A stretch of DNA of 64,000 nucleotides from an uncultured Chitinophagales bacterium (GCA_964422925.1 CAYRDC010000015.1:675-64674), one strand, 5' to 3'. Counted from the stretch's first letter, positions 27,853-38,373 are shown. Numbers and translations are program-made. The notes: generated by a model not told the origin, from the letters alone.

Positions 27853-28622
27853 GTGGCCGTGGTTTGATATACCTTGTCGAGAAATTCTTTGAGGATTTTA
27901 TTAAAAATTTCCGGCCGTTCCATCATCGGGGCATGTCCGCACTTGTCAATTAGATACAGTTCAGCCCGTGGCAGTTTGTTTTTGAAATCTTCTCCCACAA
28001 AAGGAGGGGTAATATTGTCGTTTTTCCCCCATATCAACAAAACCGGGCAATCGAGCTCATGCAGGCGACTGCCAACGTTATTGCGAATGGCTGACTTTGC
28101 TGTTTTAATAACCCGGATGGCTTTGTTCCGGTTGTTCACTATTTCAAAAACCTCTTCCACCAGCTCCTTGGTAGCCGTTTTCGGGTCGTAAAACGTATAT
28201 TCCGTCTTGGTTTTGATAAATTCATAATTTCCCCTTTTAGGGAAGGTAGCACCCAATGAATTTTCATAAAGCCCTGAACTTCCTGTCAGGATCATTGAGG
28301 TAATTTTTTCTTTGTTTTCCAAGGCATACAGGATAGCAATGTGGCCGCCTAAAGAATTTCCCAATACATTGACTTTGTCATAACCCATATAATTGACAAA
28401 ATCTGTTACATGTTTTACCAGCCCTTCCAGGTTGGCTTGCTTCAGGGGCAATTCATAGATGGGCAGCAGGGGGATGACTACTTTATAATCCTTGCAGAAG
28501 GCATTGAAAACATCTTTATAATTGCTCAGGGCGCCAAACAAGCCATGCAACAACAGTAAAATCCGGCCTTCCCCTTCTTCTATATAATGAAATTTACCTG
28601 ATTGCTTGATTTCTACGTTCAT
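27849..28622 (-). CDS. Alpha/beta hydrolase
   Basis: LLHGLFG, GNSLGG nucleophile elbow, CGHAPMME. Confidence 0.9.
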   Translation of the reverse strand: MNVEIKQSGKFHYIEEGEGRILLLLHGLFGALSNYKDVFNAFCKDYKVVIPLLPIYELPLKQANLEGLVKHVTDFVNYMGYDKVNVLGNSLGGHIAILYALENKEKITSMILTGSSGLYENSLGATFPKRGNYEFIKTKTEYTFYDPKTATKELVEEVFEIVNNRNKAIRVIKTAKSAIRNNVGSRLHELDCPVLLIWGKNDNITPPFVGEDFKNKLPRAELYLIDKCGHAPMMERPEIFNKILKEFLDKVYQTTAT

Positions 28623-28672
28623 GGAAAAAACAGTTAGGGAGATCAGTGTTGTAAAAGTACGGAATTTCAGTT

Positions 28673-29248
28673 TTAACAGATGTTATGCACCATTTTTATC
28701 CAGTTGGAAAGTATTTGCTTCCCTTGCTGTGTCAGTATGGATTCCGGATGGAATTGGAGGCCTGCAAGAGGGAGTTGGGGGTGGGCAATAGCCATTATCT
28801 CTCCTTCAGGGCCACGGGCTGCCACCTCCAGGGTGGTTTCTTCCACTTGTACCAGAACCAGGGAATGATATCGCATTACCTCGAACGGATTGGGCAGCCC
28901 CTCGAACAGGCCTTTCCGGTTGTGGGTAATCATAGAGGTTTTTCCATGAACCGGTTGGGAAGCTTTTACTAACCAGGCACCAAAATAAAGGCCCAGAGCC
29001 TGGTGCCCCAGGCAAATGCCCAGAATAGGTATTTTTTGGTGAAACCGGTCAATACATTCCATACTGATACCTGCCTTCTCCGGGGTCCCGGGACCTGGGG
29101 AAATCACAATGCCAATGGGTTTCCATTTATCAATGGCTGACAAGGTTACCCGGTCATTGCGGCAAACCTTGCATTCCGCTCCCAATTGAATCAGGTAGTC
29201 ATACAGAATGTACGTGAATGAATCATAATTATCGAGAAGAAGAATCAT
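28673..29248 (-). CDS. Anthranilate/aminodeoxychorismate synthase component II (GATase)
   Basis: LDNYDSFT, ISPGPGTP, LGICLGHQ, MRYHSL, QFHPESI. Confidence 0.93.
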   Translation of the reverse strand: MILLLDNYDSFTYILYDYLIQLGAECKVCRNDRVTLSAIDKWKPIGIVISPGPGTPEKAGISMECIDRFHQKIPILGICLGHQALGLYFGAWLVKASQPVHGKTSMITHNRKGLFEGLPNPFEVMRYHSLVLVQVEETTLEVAARGPEGEIMAIAHPQLPLAGLQFHPESILTQQGKQILSNWIKMVHNIC

Positions 29249-29790
29249 GAAGCATTGTTATCCGAAGGGGTTTTGTTTTCAATCTGCTGTTCGATTTTAT
29301 GATAAATGTCTTTTAAAAAAGGCAAAACCACACTCGCTCCTTGTATTACCGTGGGAGAAACCGGCTCGATATAAGGCCAGGCGCGCGAATCAGCCCGCGC
29401 CTGTTCGGTAATGATGTTGCTTTTGGATAAATACCAGACGGCCGTGCTTAATAGAAAAATGCCGGTAAATGTCCAGACCACGGCTCCGCCCAGACGGTTC
29501 AGAAAATTCAGTTGGGTGGCTTTCAGCAGGTTCTCAATCAGTTTTGCCAGCAGCAGCATGCCGGCTAAAATCAGGATAAAAACAACTGCAAATGACAGGA
29601 TCGGCAAATAGGCGGAATCGATGTTGAAGGACTGCCGGAGATACCCGGAGGCTACATATCCGAACCGGAGGGCCAGTGCCGTTCCAAGCACGAGGCCGAT
29701 GACATAAAAAAGTGAATGAATCAATCCTGAGCGGTAGCCTTTTACGAGACCCGCAATCAGGATCAGAACTGTTGTGATGTCAATCAACAT
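29245..29790 (-). CDS. CvpA-family membrane protein
   Basis: KGYRSGLI, LNFLNRLGG; four to five TM segments. Confidence 0.85.
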   Translation of the reverse strand: MLIDITTVLILIAGLVKGYRSGLIHSLFYVIGLVLGTALALRFGYVASGYLRQSFNIDSAYLPILSFAVVFILILAGMLLLAKLIENLLKATQLNFLNRLGGAVVWTFTGIFLLSTAVWYLSKSNIITEQARADSRAWPYIEPVSPTVIQGASVVLPFLKDIYHKIEQQIENKTPSDNNAS

Positions 29791-29792
29791 AA

Positions 29793-30242
29793 TCAGGAAC
29801 TAAGTAATTCCCGTACGATGGAAGCTACCATTTTATTATCAGCCTTGCCGGCAAGTTCGCTGGTGGCTTTTCCCATTACCCGGCCCATGTCCTTCATGGT
29901 TTCAGCGCCCATTTCACGGATCAGGTTTTCAAGATAAGCCCTCAATTCTGTTTCAGGCATTTGCTCCGGGAGGTAAGCAGACAACACCTTCAGCTCTTCT
30001 TCCTCTTTCAGGGCGAGGTCCCCGCGTTTTTGCTCCCGGTACAGTTTCAGGGAATCTTCTCTTTGCTTGATCAATTTGCGGACTATCTGTAATTCACGTT
30101 CGCTGGTCAGGTCACGACCGCCTTTTTCGGTTTTTGCCAGCATGAAAGCGGATTTCAGGTTTCTGAGCGCCCGTAGCCTGGCCTCATCACGTTGGCGCAT
30201 CGCGTCTTTTATGTCTTGGTTAATCTGTTCAAAAAGGCCCAT
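29793..30242 (-). CDS. GatB/YqeY-domain protein
   Basis: DIKDAMRQRD, KLIKQREDS, YLPEQM, KDMGRVMG. Confidence 0.92.
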   Translation of the reverse strand: MGLFEQINQDIKDAMRQRDEARLRALRNLKSAFMLAKTEKGGRDLTSERELQIVRKLIKQREDSLKLYREQKRGDLALKEEEELKVLSAYLPEQMPETELRAYLENLIREMGAETMKDMGRVMGKATSELAGKADNKMVASIVRELLSS

Positions 30243-30337
30243 ACCACATGATTTGATGTTATCGCAAAAATATAGATATTCAATAAGTTGAAAGAACCTG
30301 TTCACTGGATTGACCGGCCGCAAGCGTAAACTTATTT

Positions 30338-30529
30338 TTATTCTACTTCTTCGTAGTCGATATAATCGCCTTCCTGGTTTTCAGTTTTTTCTTCAGGCGC
30401 CCGGTCCACACGTACGCCTGATTGGTTTTTACCGGAGTTGCGGGATGGGGACCGGGGGGCGAATAGTGGCCTAAGGATGAAATCCCAAATCAGGTAAAAT
30501 AACAGCCCATATAAAAGAATCCGAAGCAT
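30338..30529 (-). CDS. DUF4834-like small membrane protein
   Basis: N-terminal TM helix; C-terminal GDYIDYEEVE. Confidence 0.7.
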   Translation of the reverse strand: MLRILLYGLLFYLIWDFILRPLFAPRSPSRNSGKNQSGVRVDRAPEEKTENQEGDYIDYEEVE

Positions 30530-30646
30530 GAAACAGCGATGTTCAAAGATAATAAGTTATGATTGGAGCAGCCTTGAAATGATGAGAAAATGGAAAATCT
30601 TTCGTAAATTAGCTAAATACGCTTGCCTTGTTAAAATTAAAACATT

Positions 30647-31513
30647 ATGAAAGCCTATAACCTGATGATTAAAAGCTTGCCCTTAATCTTGGTGTTGGGA
30701 GTTCTGATTTTTGATACAACTTCCTGTAAGAAGAAAGAAGGTTGCACCGATCCGCAGGCATTAAATTATGATGCGGAAGCCAAGGTAGACAATGGAAGTT
30801 GCCTGTATCCTACAGAAAGCAGGAAGGTTACTTTCATTGAATTTACGGCTACCTGGTGCTTGCAATGCGGGAGCTGGGGATCTGATGCTTTTCATCAGAC
30901 CCTGGCCGACAACCCGGATGAATTAATTGGTATTGCATCGCATTCCTCACCGACTGATCCAATGTACAATTCGGTAGCCCAGGCATTTATTGATAATTTT
31001 TCTATTGACAACTGGCCCAATTACTGGATAGGAAATGATTTCCTCGCAAACAATTACTTCCAGGTGAATAATTACCTTCCGACTTATATGGCTCAGCCCG
31101 TGGTTGCCAATGTCCTAGCCCTGTACTCCATTGACGCCACTGGCATTACGGTGCGCACTTCCACAAAATTTTTTAAGGATGCTACGGGAGATTTCTACCT
31201 TGGAGTGTATGTGCTGGAAAGTGGCATAGACGGAAGTCCCACAGCCGGTGCCTATGCACAAAGCGGTACGAATGACCCCAATTATACGCATGACCATGTT
31301 TTACGTGCCGCTGCGACAGCCAATCCCTGGGGCGATCAGATTGTCAGTGGTTCAGCTACAGCCGGTGAAATCATAAATATGACCTATACCATCCCGCTGC
31401 AGGTTGAATGGAATACCGAAAACCTGGATATTGTTTGCGTGATCTGGAAGGCTAACGGTTCTTCATACGATTATGTAAACGCAGCCGAGGGGACAGAAGA
31501 AACAGTTAATTAA
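30647..31513 (+). CDS. Omp28-related outer-membrane lipoprotein
   Basis: Lipobox TTSC, GCTDPQALNY...DNGSC, EFTATWCLQC, YTHDHVLRA. Confidence 0.75.
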   Translation: MKAYNLMIKSLPLILVLGVLIFDTTSCKKKEGCTDPQALNYDAEAKVDNGSCLYPTESRKVTFIEFTATWCLQCGSWGSDAFHQTLADNPDELIGIASHSSPTDPMYNSVAQAFIDNFSIDNWPNYWIGNDFLANNYFQVNNYLPTYMAQPVVANVLALYSIDATGITVRTSTKFFKDATGDFYLGVYVLESGIDGSPTAGAYAQSGTNDPNYTHDHVLRAAATANPWGDQIVSGSATAGEIINMTYTIPLQVEWNTENLDIVCVIWKANGSSYDYVNAAEGTEETVN

Positions 31514-31541
31514 ATCCTGTTATGGCATTATTTCTATTCAG

Positions 31542-31570
31542 GCCTTCCGCCCTCTGTGGGAGGCTTTTTT
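31542..31570 (+). terminator. Rho-independent terminator
   Basis: GCCTTCCGC-CCTCT-GTGGGAGGC followed by T6. Confidence 0.65.
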
Positions 31571-32174
31571 AATTTGGATATAATGCTTTTTCACCAGCCA
31601 GGATGGGAATATCGAGCCAATTTTCCCTGGGTGGGATGGGGCACGACCATTTGTAGCTGTATGCGCAGTATGGGTTATAGGCCCTGTTGAAATCGATGAG
31701 GACAGAGTCCGATTCCGGTATCCGGAGGTCGAGGTAGCGGCCCCCGCCATAAGTTTGTTTCCCGTTGGTGGCATCCTTGAAAGGCAGGAACAAATAATCG
31801 GCATACTCGGGATTACCGGCCAGGCGCAGGTTCTGATACACCATCAGTTCCAGGGGCCTTCCCTGAAGAGTGAAATAAAGCCTGCCGTACCTCTTATATG
31901 GGTCAGCCACTTTGCCGGATACTTCCATTTCAAACACAGAATCCTCCTCCAGCTTTTCAAACCTGGCCCACACCCGGTATGAAGAATCCACCGGGAAATA
32001 TTTCAGGCCTGTAAATCCTTCCAGCGTGTCCAACGGGGATTGTTCCGGATCTTTGAACAGAAGATCTTTCTCCGAACGTTCTTCCAGGATTTGCTTTTCA
32101 TAATTACCGGGCTTTTTTTCCCGGCAGGAACCCATCAAAACCAAGAGGACGATAGCAGTAAGTGTAAAACGCAT
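31569..32174 (-). CDS. DUF1684-family lipoprotein
   Basis: LFLPFKDATNG, TYGGGRYLD, DFNRAYNPYCAY. Confidence 0.9.
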   Translation of the reverse strand: MRFTLTAIVLLVLMGSCREKKPGNYEKQILEERSEKDLLFKDPEQSPLDTLEGFTGLKYFPVDSSYRVWARFEKLEEDSVFEMEVSGKVADPYKRYGRLYFTLQGRPLELMVYQNLRLAGNPEYADYLFLPFKDATNGKQTYGGGRYLDLRIPESDSVLIDFNRAYNPYCAYSYKWSCPIPPRENWLDIPILAGEKALYPN

Positions 32175-32192
32175 GTTCGCAAAGATAACAGA

Positions 32193-35006
32193 TCAGCGGC
32201 TCAGGTACATGGACTTTTGGCGGTACATCTCCCGGAAGTACGTATCGTGCAAGTCATTGATGAACAGGATCGACTCTCCGGTGCTGCGCATTTCAGGCCC
32301 CAGTTCCTTGTTTACGTTCGGGAATTTATCGAAGGAAAAAACAGGTAGCTTAATGGCAAATCCATTCAGTTTCCGGTTGAAATCAAAATCCGACAGCCTG
32401 GCATGCCCTGTCATAATTTTTGTGGCAATATTCAAAAACGGAATCTGGTACGCTTTGCTGATAAAGGGCATGGTCCGGGAAGCTCTCGGGTTAGCTTCTA
32501 TCACGTAAACGTTACCATTTTTTACGGCAAACTGGATATTAATCAGGCCTTTGATATTGAGCGCCAGGGCCAGTTTCTCGGCATATTCCTGCATAGTGTC
32601 CATTACACGGGGCGAAAGGTCGTAAGGGGGCAACACTGCGCTGCTGTCGCCTGAATGAATACCAGCCGGTTCGATATGCTCCATGACCCCCATGACCACC
32701 ACCTGCTCCCCGTCACAAATGGCATCTATTTCCGCTTCTTCGGCCCGGTCCAGGAAATGATCAATCAAAATGGTGTTGTTCGGAAAATGCTTGAGAATGC
32801 CTATAACGGTTTTTTCGAGGTCTTCATCGTTGATAACGATGCGCATTCGCTGCCCGCCCAGTACATAACTGGGCCGGATGAGCACCGGATAGCCTACTTC
32901 TTTGGCCACTTCCAGGGCTTCTTCTGCGGTATAGGCCACTCCGTAATGCGGGTAGGGGATATCGAGCTTCTGCAGGAGCCGGCTGAAACGGCCCCGGTCT
33001 TCGCACAGGTCCATGCTTTCAAAGCTGGTTCCCACAATGGGAATACCTTTTTCATTCAGTTTGCCGGCCAGTTTTAGGGCGGTTTGCCCCCCAAGCTGTA
33101 CGATTATCCCGTCCGGCCGCTCCAGCTCTATGATATCGTTAAGATGCTCCCAGAATACCGGTTCAAAATACAGTTTGTCGGCAATGTCGAAATCAGTCGA
33201 TACGGTTTCCGGGTTGCAATTGATCATGATGGCTTCATAACCGATTTCCCGCAATGCCATAACCCCATGCACGCAGCAGTAGTCGAACTCAATACCCTGT
33301 CCGATCCGGTTTGGGCCGGAACCCAGTACGATGATTTTTTTCCTGTTGGAGGGGATGCTTTCGTTTTCCTCGTCATAAGCTGAATAATAATAGGGAGTCC
33401 GGGCATTGAATTCGGCCGCGCAGGTATCAACCAGCTTATACACCCGTTTTAAACCCAGCGCTTTTCTGCGCTGTTCTATGGTTTCTTCATCGGTATTGAG
33501 GAGCCAGGCAAGCTGGGCGTCTGAATAGCCCCATTGTTTGGCTTGTTTCAATACTTTCCGGGGCAGGTTCTCGTGCGTGTATCGCCTGATTTCGGCTTCC
33601 AATTTTACCAGTTGCTGAATTTGCAGGATAAACCAGCGGTCGATCCGCGTGAGTTTTTGGATGGTTTTTACTGGGACCCCAAGGCGCAGGGCTTCCTTTA
33701 TCTTGAAAACACGGTCCCAGCCGGGATGTTGCAATCCGCCCAGCAGGTCTTCCACTTTCCGCCAGGTTCTTCCATCGGCCCCCAACCCTATCCGGTTGTT
33801 TTCCAATGATTGACAGGCTTTCTGAAGCGCTTCGTTAAAGCTTCGGCCGATAGCCATTACCTCTCCGACCGATTTCATCTGCAGCCCGAGCGTTTCGTCA
33901 CATCCCGGGAATTTGTCAAAATTCCAGCGGGGCACTTTTACCACTACATAATCCAGGGCCGGCTCGAAAAATGCAGAAGTATCCCCAGTGATTTGATTGG
34001 TCAGTTCATGGAGCCGGTAACCGATGGCCAGCTTGGCGGCCACTTTGGCAATGGGATAACCGGTGGCTTTTGAAGCAAGGGCAGAAGAACGGGAAACCCT
34101 TGGATTGATTTCTATGGCAATCAAGTCTTCGTTCTCCGGGTTCAGGGCAAACTGGACATTGCACCCTCCGTCAAAATTGCCCAGGGCCCGCATCATGCGA
34201 AATGACATATCCCGCATCTGTTGAAAGGCTTTGTCGGAAAGGGTCATGGCAGGCGCTATGGTGATGCTGTCCCCGGTGTGGATTCCCATGGGGTCCATAT
34301 TTTCGACTGTGCAAATAATCACTATATTGTCATCCCGGTCGCGGAGGAGTTCCAGTTCAAATTCCTTCCAGCCAAGCACTGCCTTTTCAACCAGCACTTC
34401 ATGGGTTGGGGAAGCTTTGAGACCGCGTTCCAGCGCCTGGTCCAGTTGCTCTTTATCATAGACCAGGCTGCCCCCGGTTCCCCCGAGCGTATATGAAGGG
34501 CGGATGACCAGTGGGAAACCGATTTCCTGGGCGATTTCCTTACCTTCCAGGAAAGAGTTGGCAATTTTTGAAGGAGGAATGGGCACATCAATTTGAGCCA
34601 TTAACTGGCGGAAGGATTCCCGGTTTTCTGTCAGTTCAATAGCGTGCATATCCACACCAATCAGTTTCACCCCGTATTTATCCCAAATGCCCAGTTCACT
34701 GGCTTCCTTGCAAAGGTTCAGGGCAGTTTGGCCGCCCATGGTGGGCAATACCGCATCGATTTTTTGCTCTTTCAGGATTTGTTCGATGGATTCTACAGTC
34801 AGCGGCAGCAGGTAAATATGGTCTGCAGTAACCGGATCGGTCATGATGGTGGCCGGGTTGGAATTGATCAGCGACACTTCAATGCCTTCTTCCCGAAGGC
34901 TCCGGGAAGCCTGCGATCCGGAATAATCAAATTCACAAGCTTGGCCAATGATAATGGGTCCGCTGCCGATAATAAGGACGGATCGAATAGAATTGTCTTT
35001 GGGCAT
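32193..35006 (-). CDS. carB: Carbamoyl-phosphate synthase large subunit (short form)
   Basis: GSGPIIIGQACEFDYSG, two ATP-grasp halves, GSGPNRIGQGIEFDYC, EANPRASRT. Confidence 0.97.
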   Translation of the reverse strand: MPKDNSIRSVLIIGSGPIIIGQACEFDYSGSQASRSLREEGIEVSLINSNPATIMTDPVTADHIYLLPLTVESIEQILKEQKIDAVLPTMGGQTALNLCKEASELGIWDKYGVKLIGVDMHAIELTENRESFRQLMAQIDVPIPPSKIANSFLEGKEIAQEIGFPLVIRPSYTLGGTGGSLVYDKEQLDQALERGLKASPTHEVLVEKAVLGWKEFELELLRDRDDNIVIICTVENMDPMGIHTGDSITIAPAMTLSDKAFQQMRDMSFRMMRALGNFDGGCNVQFALNPENEDLIAIEINPRVSRSSALASKATGYPIAKVAAKLAIGYRLHELTNQITGDTSAFFEPALDYVVVKVPRWNFDKFPGCDETLGLQMKSVGEVMAIGRSFNEALQKACQSLENNRIGLGADGRTWRKVEDLLGGLQHPGWDRVFKIKEALRLGVPVKTIQKLTRIDRWFILQIQQLVKLEAEIRRYTHENLPRKVLKQAKQWGYSDAQLAWLLNTDEETIEQRRKALGLKRVYKLVDTCAAEFNARTPYYYSAYDEENESIPSNRKKIIVLGSGPNRIGQGIEFDYCCVHGVMALREIGYEAIMINCNPETVSTDFDIADKLYFEPVFWEHLNDIIELERPDGIIVQLGGQTALKLAGKLNEKGIPIVGTSFESMDLCEDRGRFSRLLQKLDIPYPHYGVAYTAEEALEVAKEVGYPVLIRPSYVLGGQRMRIVINDEDLEKTVIGILKHFPNNTILIDHFLDRAEEAEIDAICDGEQVVVMGVMEHIEPAGIHSGDSSAVLPPYDLSPRVMDTMQEYAEKLALALNIKGLINIQFAVKNGNVYVIEANPRASRTMPFISKAYQIPFLNIATKIMTGHARLSDFDFNRKLNGFAIKLPVFSFDKFPNVNKELGPEMRSTGESILFINDLHDTYFREMYRQKSMYLSR

Positions 35007-35152
35007 GCTGTCCGCTTGTCCGAAAAGTTGGTCAAAATTAGGTGATTTGAGGCGTAATCTTTAATAAAATGACCCTTCAATTTGCCATTGTGGAAAATTT
35101 ATCAGATTTCATCCTGTGGCTTCTGGGGTATTCGTAGCTTTGAGTGCCGGGA

Positions 35153-35974
35153 GTGGAAAGCCAGACAGAACATCATTATCTTGAATGGAAGGGTAACCGC
35201 CTGCATTACCTGAGATTCGGCCATGGGGCAAAGATTATGCTCGCTTTTCATGGATTCAGCGATGATGCGGGCATTTTTCTTTCATTGGCAGAAACGCTAT
35301 CCGACCGGTACACTGTGTATGCTTTTGATTTTCCGTTTCATGGGAAAACCATCTGGAATTACCGCCACCCCCTGATCCTTCCCCTGTTTTACCGCATTTT
35401 CGACCGTTTTTTGGAAAAAAACCATATAACAAAATTCACCCCGTTCGGATTCAGCATGGGCGGGCGTGTTGCCTTTTCACTCGTAGAACATTATCCGGCC
35501 AGGATCGAAGCCCTGATCCTGGCAGCTCCGGATGGCTTGCAAACCCACCGGGTGTTTAACCTGGCTGTTTATCCGGCCTGGGGTCGCTTTCTCTTTCGCC
35601 AGGTTATGCGCAGACCGGGTCTTTTCTTTTTCCTTCTGAAAAAGTTGTATGCCTGGGGCCGTATCAGTAAGTTCCTGCATGATTTTACGCTGAATAATAT
35701 GGACACGGAAGAAAAGCGCAACCGGCTGTATTTTACCTGGATCACTTTGCGGCAGTTTAAGCCGGATATGAGGCACATAAAATACCTGCTGAATGAACAC
35801 AAAATTCCCGTGCGCCTGTTCTTAGGGCAGCGTGATGAAGTGATCAGCCCGGCAGCCGGTAAAAAGTTTTCCGAAGGGCTGGATAACGTGCAATTGTATG
35901 TCGTGCCCAAAGGCCACCGGCTGATTACCCAATCTTTAAACCCGGTGCTTAAACAGGCTTTGAAAGGATTATGA
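35153..35974 (+). CDS. Alpha/beta hydrolase
   Basis: AFHGF, GFSMGG; GTG at 35153 preferred because a -7 box TAGCTTTG ends at 35142. Confidence 0.85.
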   Translation: MESQTEHHYLEWKGNRLHYLRFGHGAKIMLAFHGFSDDAGIFLSLAETLSDRYTVYAFDFPFHGKTIWNYRHPLILPLFYRIFDRFLEKNHITKFTPFGFSMGGRVAFSLVEHYPARIEALILAAPDGLQTHRVFNLAVYPAWGRFLFRQVMRRPGLFFFLLKKLYAWGRISKFLHDFTLNNMDTEEKRNRLYFTWITLRQFKPDMRHIKYLLNEHKIPVRLFLGQRDEVISPAAGKKFSEGLDNVQLYVVPKGHRLITQSLNPVLKQALKGL

Positions 35975-37080
35975 TCTGGATGTTCTATACTGCAACTGGA
36001 TTATTGGCCGGTTACCTGTTTTGGCTAATCCGCCTGCGGTCAGGGTGGCGAAAACTCTCTTGGCAGGAACCGGAAACCGGTGATGCCATTCCGTTTACCG
36101 TGCTAATTCCCGCCCGGAATGAAGGCGGTACCCTGCCTGCTTTGCTCCGCGACCTCGCGCGGCAGCAATATCCTCTTCATGCCTTGGAAATCATCGTGGT
36201 GGATGACCACAGCGAAGACAGCACACCACAAGTGGCCCGTTCTTTCAGGGGCATTGCATTGGAATGCTTGCAACTGCCCGAGGGGAAGCGGGGCAAAAAA
36301 GAAGCCCTGGACAAGGGGATCGCAGCAGCTGCCAACCCCTGGGTTTTCACGCTGGACGCGGACGTACGAATCAGCCCGGACTGGGCCGCAGCAATGGCAA
36401 GCCGAATTACAGAAGGAGTAAACCTGATTTGCGGCCCGGTTGCCTGCATGCAACAGCGCGGTTTTCTTTCCGCCTTTCAGCAACTGGATTTTCTGGGTTT
36501 GCAATTCGTAACGGCCGGGACATTCGGGAACGGGAAACCCGTTTCCTGCAACGGGGCAAACCTGGGTATCCGGAAAGAGGCCTTCCATGCGGTCGGAGGC
36601 TATAAAGGGAACCGGCATTTGTCCTCCGGGGACGATGTGTTCCTGCTGCAGAAGATGGAAAGTGAATTTCCGGGAAGCACCCGTTTTGTAAAACACCCTG
36701 CTGCCATGGCCTGGGTCCAACCGCTTGCCTCCTGGCCGGCATTTTTCCGCCAGCGCATGCGCTGGGCCGGGAAATCCATTTATTATCCTGACCGGAAAAC
36801 ATTGCTCCTGCTTGTGGCGGTATACCTGCTGAATGTGTCGCTCTTGCTTTCCATATGGGAGGGTTGGTTCAGCGGACATTGGCTGTGGGTGGGCGCTCTC
36901 TGGGGCGCAAAGCTGTTGGCGGAGGGAATGTTCCTGTATCCTCCGGCCCGGTTTTATGACTGTGCTAAAACATTCCGCTGGTTTTTGCCGGTTGGTTTGC
37001 TTCATGTGCCTTACACGGTGCTGGTGGGTTTTTTGGGTATCTTTATTCCGGTAACCTGGAAAGGGCGCAGATCACGATAG
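35971..37080 (+). CDS. Glycosyltransferase family 2, membrane-bound
   Basis: LIPARNE, VDDHSED, TLDAD, SGDDVFL, QRMRWAGK. Confidence 0.9.
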   Translation: MIWMFYTATGLLAGYLFWLIRLRSGWRKLSWQEPETGDAIPFTVLIPARNEGGTLPALLRDLARQQYPLHALEIIVVDDHSEDSTPQVARSFRGIALECLQLPEGKRGKKEALDKGIAAAANPWVFTLDADVRISPDWAAAMASRITEGVNLICGPVACMQQRGFLSAFQQLDFLGLQFVTAGTFGNGKPVSCNGANLGIRKEAFHAVGGYKGNRHLSSGDDVFLLQKMESEFPGSTRFVKHPAAMAWVQPLASWPAFFRQRMRWAGKSIYYPDRKTLLLLVAVYLLNVSLLLSIWEGWFSGHWLWVGALWGAKLLAEGMFLYPPARFYDCAKTFRWFLPVGLLHVPYTVLVGFLGIFIPVTWKGRRSR

Positions 37081-37122
37081 GAAGGACAGGGGATTCGCAA
37101 TTATGCTGTTACCAAGAACTCT

Positions 37123-38355
37123 ATGAACCGGGATGACCATATAAAAAGCCCGCTAAACCCGAACCGGCTTGCTTTCAGACGTTTTGTCCGGAACAAATTT
37201 GCCCTGGCCGGCCTGATTTTTATTGCACTGGCTGTATTGGCGGCCATTTTTGCCTATACCTTCATTCCTGATAAAACCCAGTGGGCGAACCAGCAGATGA
37301 TAGAACTTAAATTGCTGAAACCGGGGGCTACAGCCCGGGTGCTGGTTTTCCGGAACAACACCGGGGTGCGCCCGAGGCCGGGCTGGATAGCGGCTTTCCG
37401 CGGGCAGCGATTGTTGTACCGCTACATCCCCCTGATCGATTACCAGGTCAGGGACGGGCAATTGCGGATTACCCGCTACATTGGTTTCCCGGACCGTGGC
37501 CCGGTGGAGCAATATGCCCTCGCTGATATCCTTTATCCTTTGGGAACTGTGGCCCGAAAACCGGATGGCAGGGTGGTTGTTCACACCCTCGATGGAAAAG
37601 AAATAACAACAACCCTGACTGAACTGGAAAATGAAGTGACTGGCCGGCATATCCGGAAAATCCGGTTCTGGCTGGGAACCGATGCCCTGGGGCGGGATTT
37701 TTTAAGCCGGCTGGTTTTGGGAATCCGCGTTTCCATGGCGGTAGGCCTGATGGCTGTACTGATCTCCCTGGTTATCGGGGTGGTGCTGGGTTCACTGGCC
37801 GGTTATTTCCGCGGTAAGGTCGACCTGGTAATCATGTATGTGATTAACGTGTTTTGGTCGGTACCTACCCTGTTGCTGGCGTTGTCGCTGGCCTTGGTCA
37901 TGAAAAACGGGCTGACCCAGGTATACCTGGCCATTGGGTTAACCATGTGGATTGAAGTGGCCCGTATCGTCCGGGGGCAATTCCTGCTTTTTCGTGAAAT
38001 GGATTTTGTAAAAGCCGCACGGGCTATGGCCATTCCCCGGTGGCGGATCATTTTCAGGCATATCCTGCCCAATCTCACAGGTCCACTGGTGGTGGTCATT
38101 GCATCCAATTTTGCCGCGGCTATTTTGCTGGAAGCAGGGCTGAGCTTTTTGGGTTTAGGCGTTGCCCGGCCCATGCCATCGCTGGGTATGATGCTCAATG
38201 ACCATAAAACCTATCTCATTGCCGGGCTGCCGCACCTGGCACTGCTGCCGGGTATCCTGATCAGCCTGCTGGTGCTTGCTTTCTTCCTGCTTGGCAACGG
38301 ACTGCGAGATGCATTTGATGTGAAATCCAAATCATCTTTAGTTGAAATGCAGTAA
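37123..38355 (+). CDS. ABC transporter permease (OppC/DppC-like)
   Basis: WLGTDALGRD, ARIVRGQ, DFVKAARAMA, HILPN, EAGLSFLGLG. Confidence 0.92.
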   Translation: MNRDDHIKSPLNPNRLAFRRFVRNKFALAGLIFIALAVLAAIFAYTFIPDKTQWANQQMIELKLLKPGATARVLVFRNNTGVRPRPGWIAAFRGQRLLYRYIPLIDYQVRDGQLRITRYIGFPDRGPVEQYALADILYPLGTVARKPDGRVVVHTLDGKEITTTLTELENEVTGRHIRKIRFWLGTDALGRDFLSRLVLGIRVSMAVGLMAVLISLVIGVVLGSLAGYFRGKVDLVIMYVINVFWSVPTLLLALSLALVMKNGLTQVYLAIGLTMWIEVARIVRGQFLLFREMDFVKAARAMAIPRWRIIFRHILPNLTGPLVVVIASNFAAAILLEAGLSFLGLGVARPMPSLGMMLNDHKTYLIAGLPHLALLPGILISLLVLAFFLLGNGLRDAFDVKSKSSLVEMQ

Positions 38356-38373
38356 TTTTGTTTTGCATCATAA

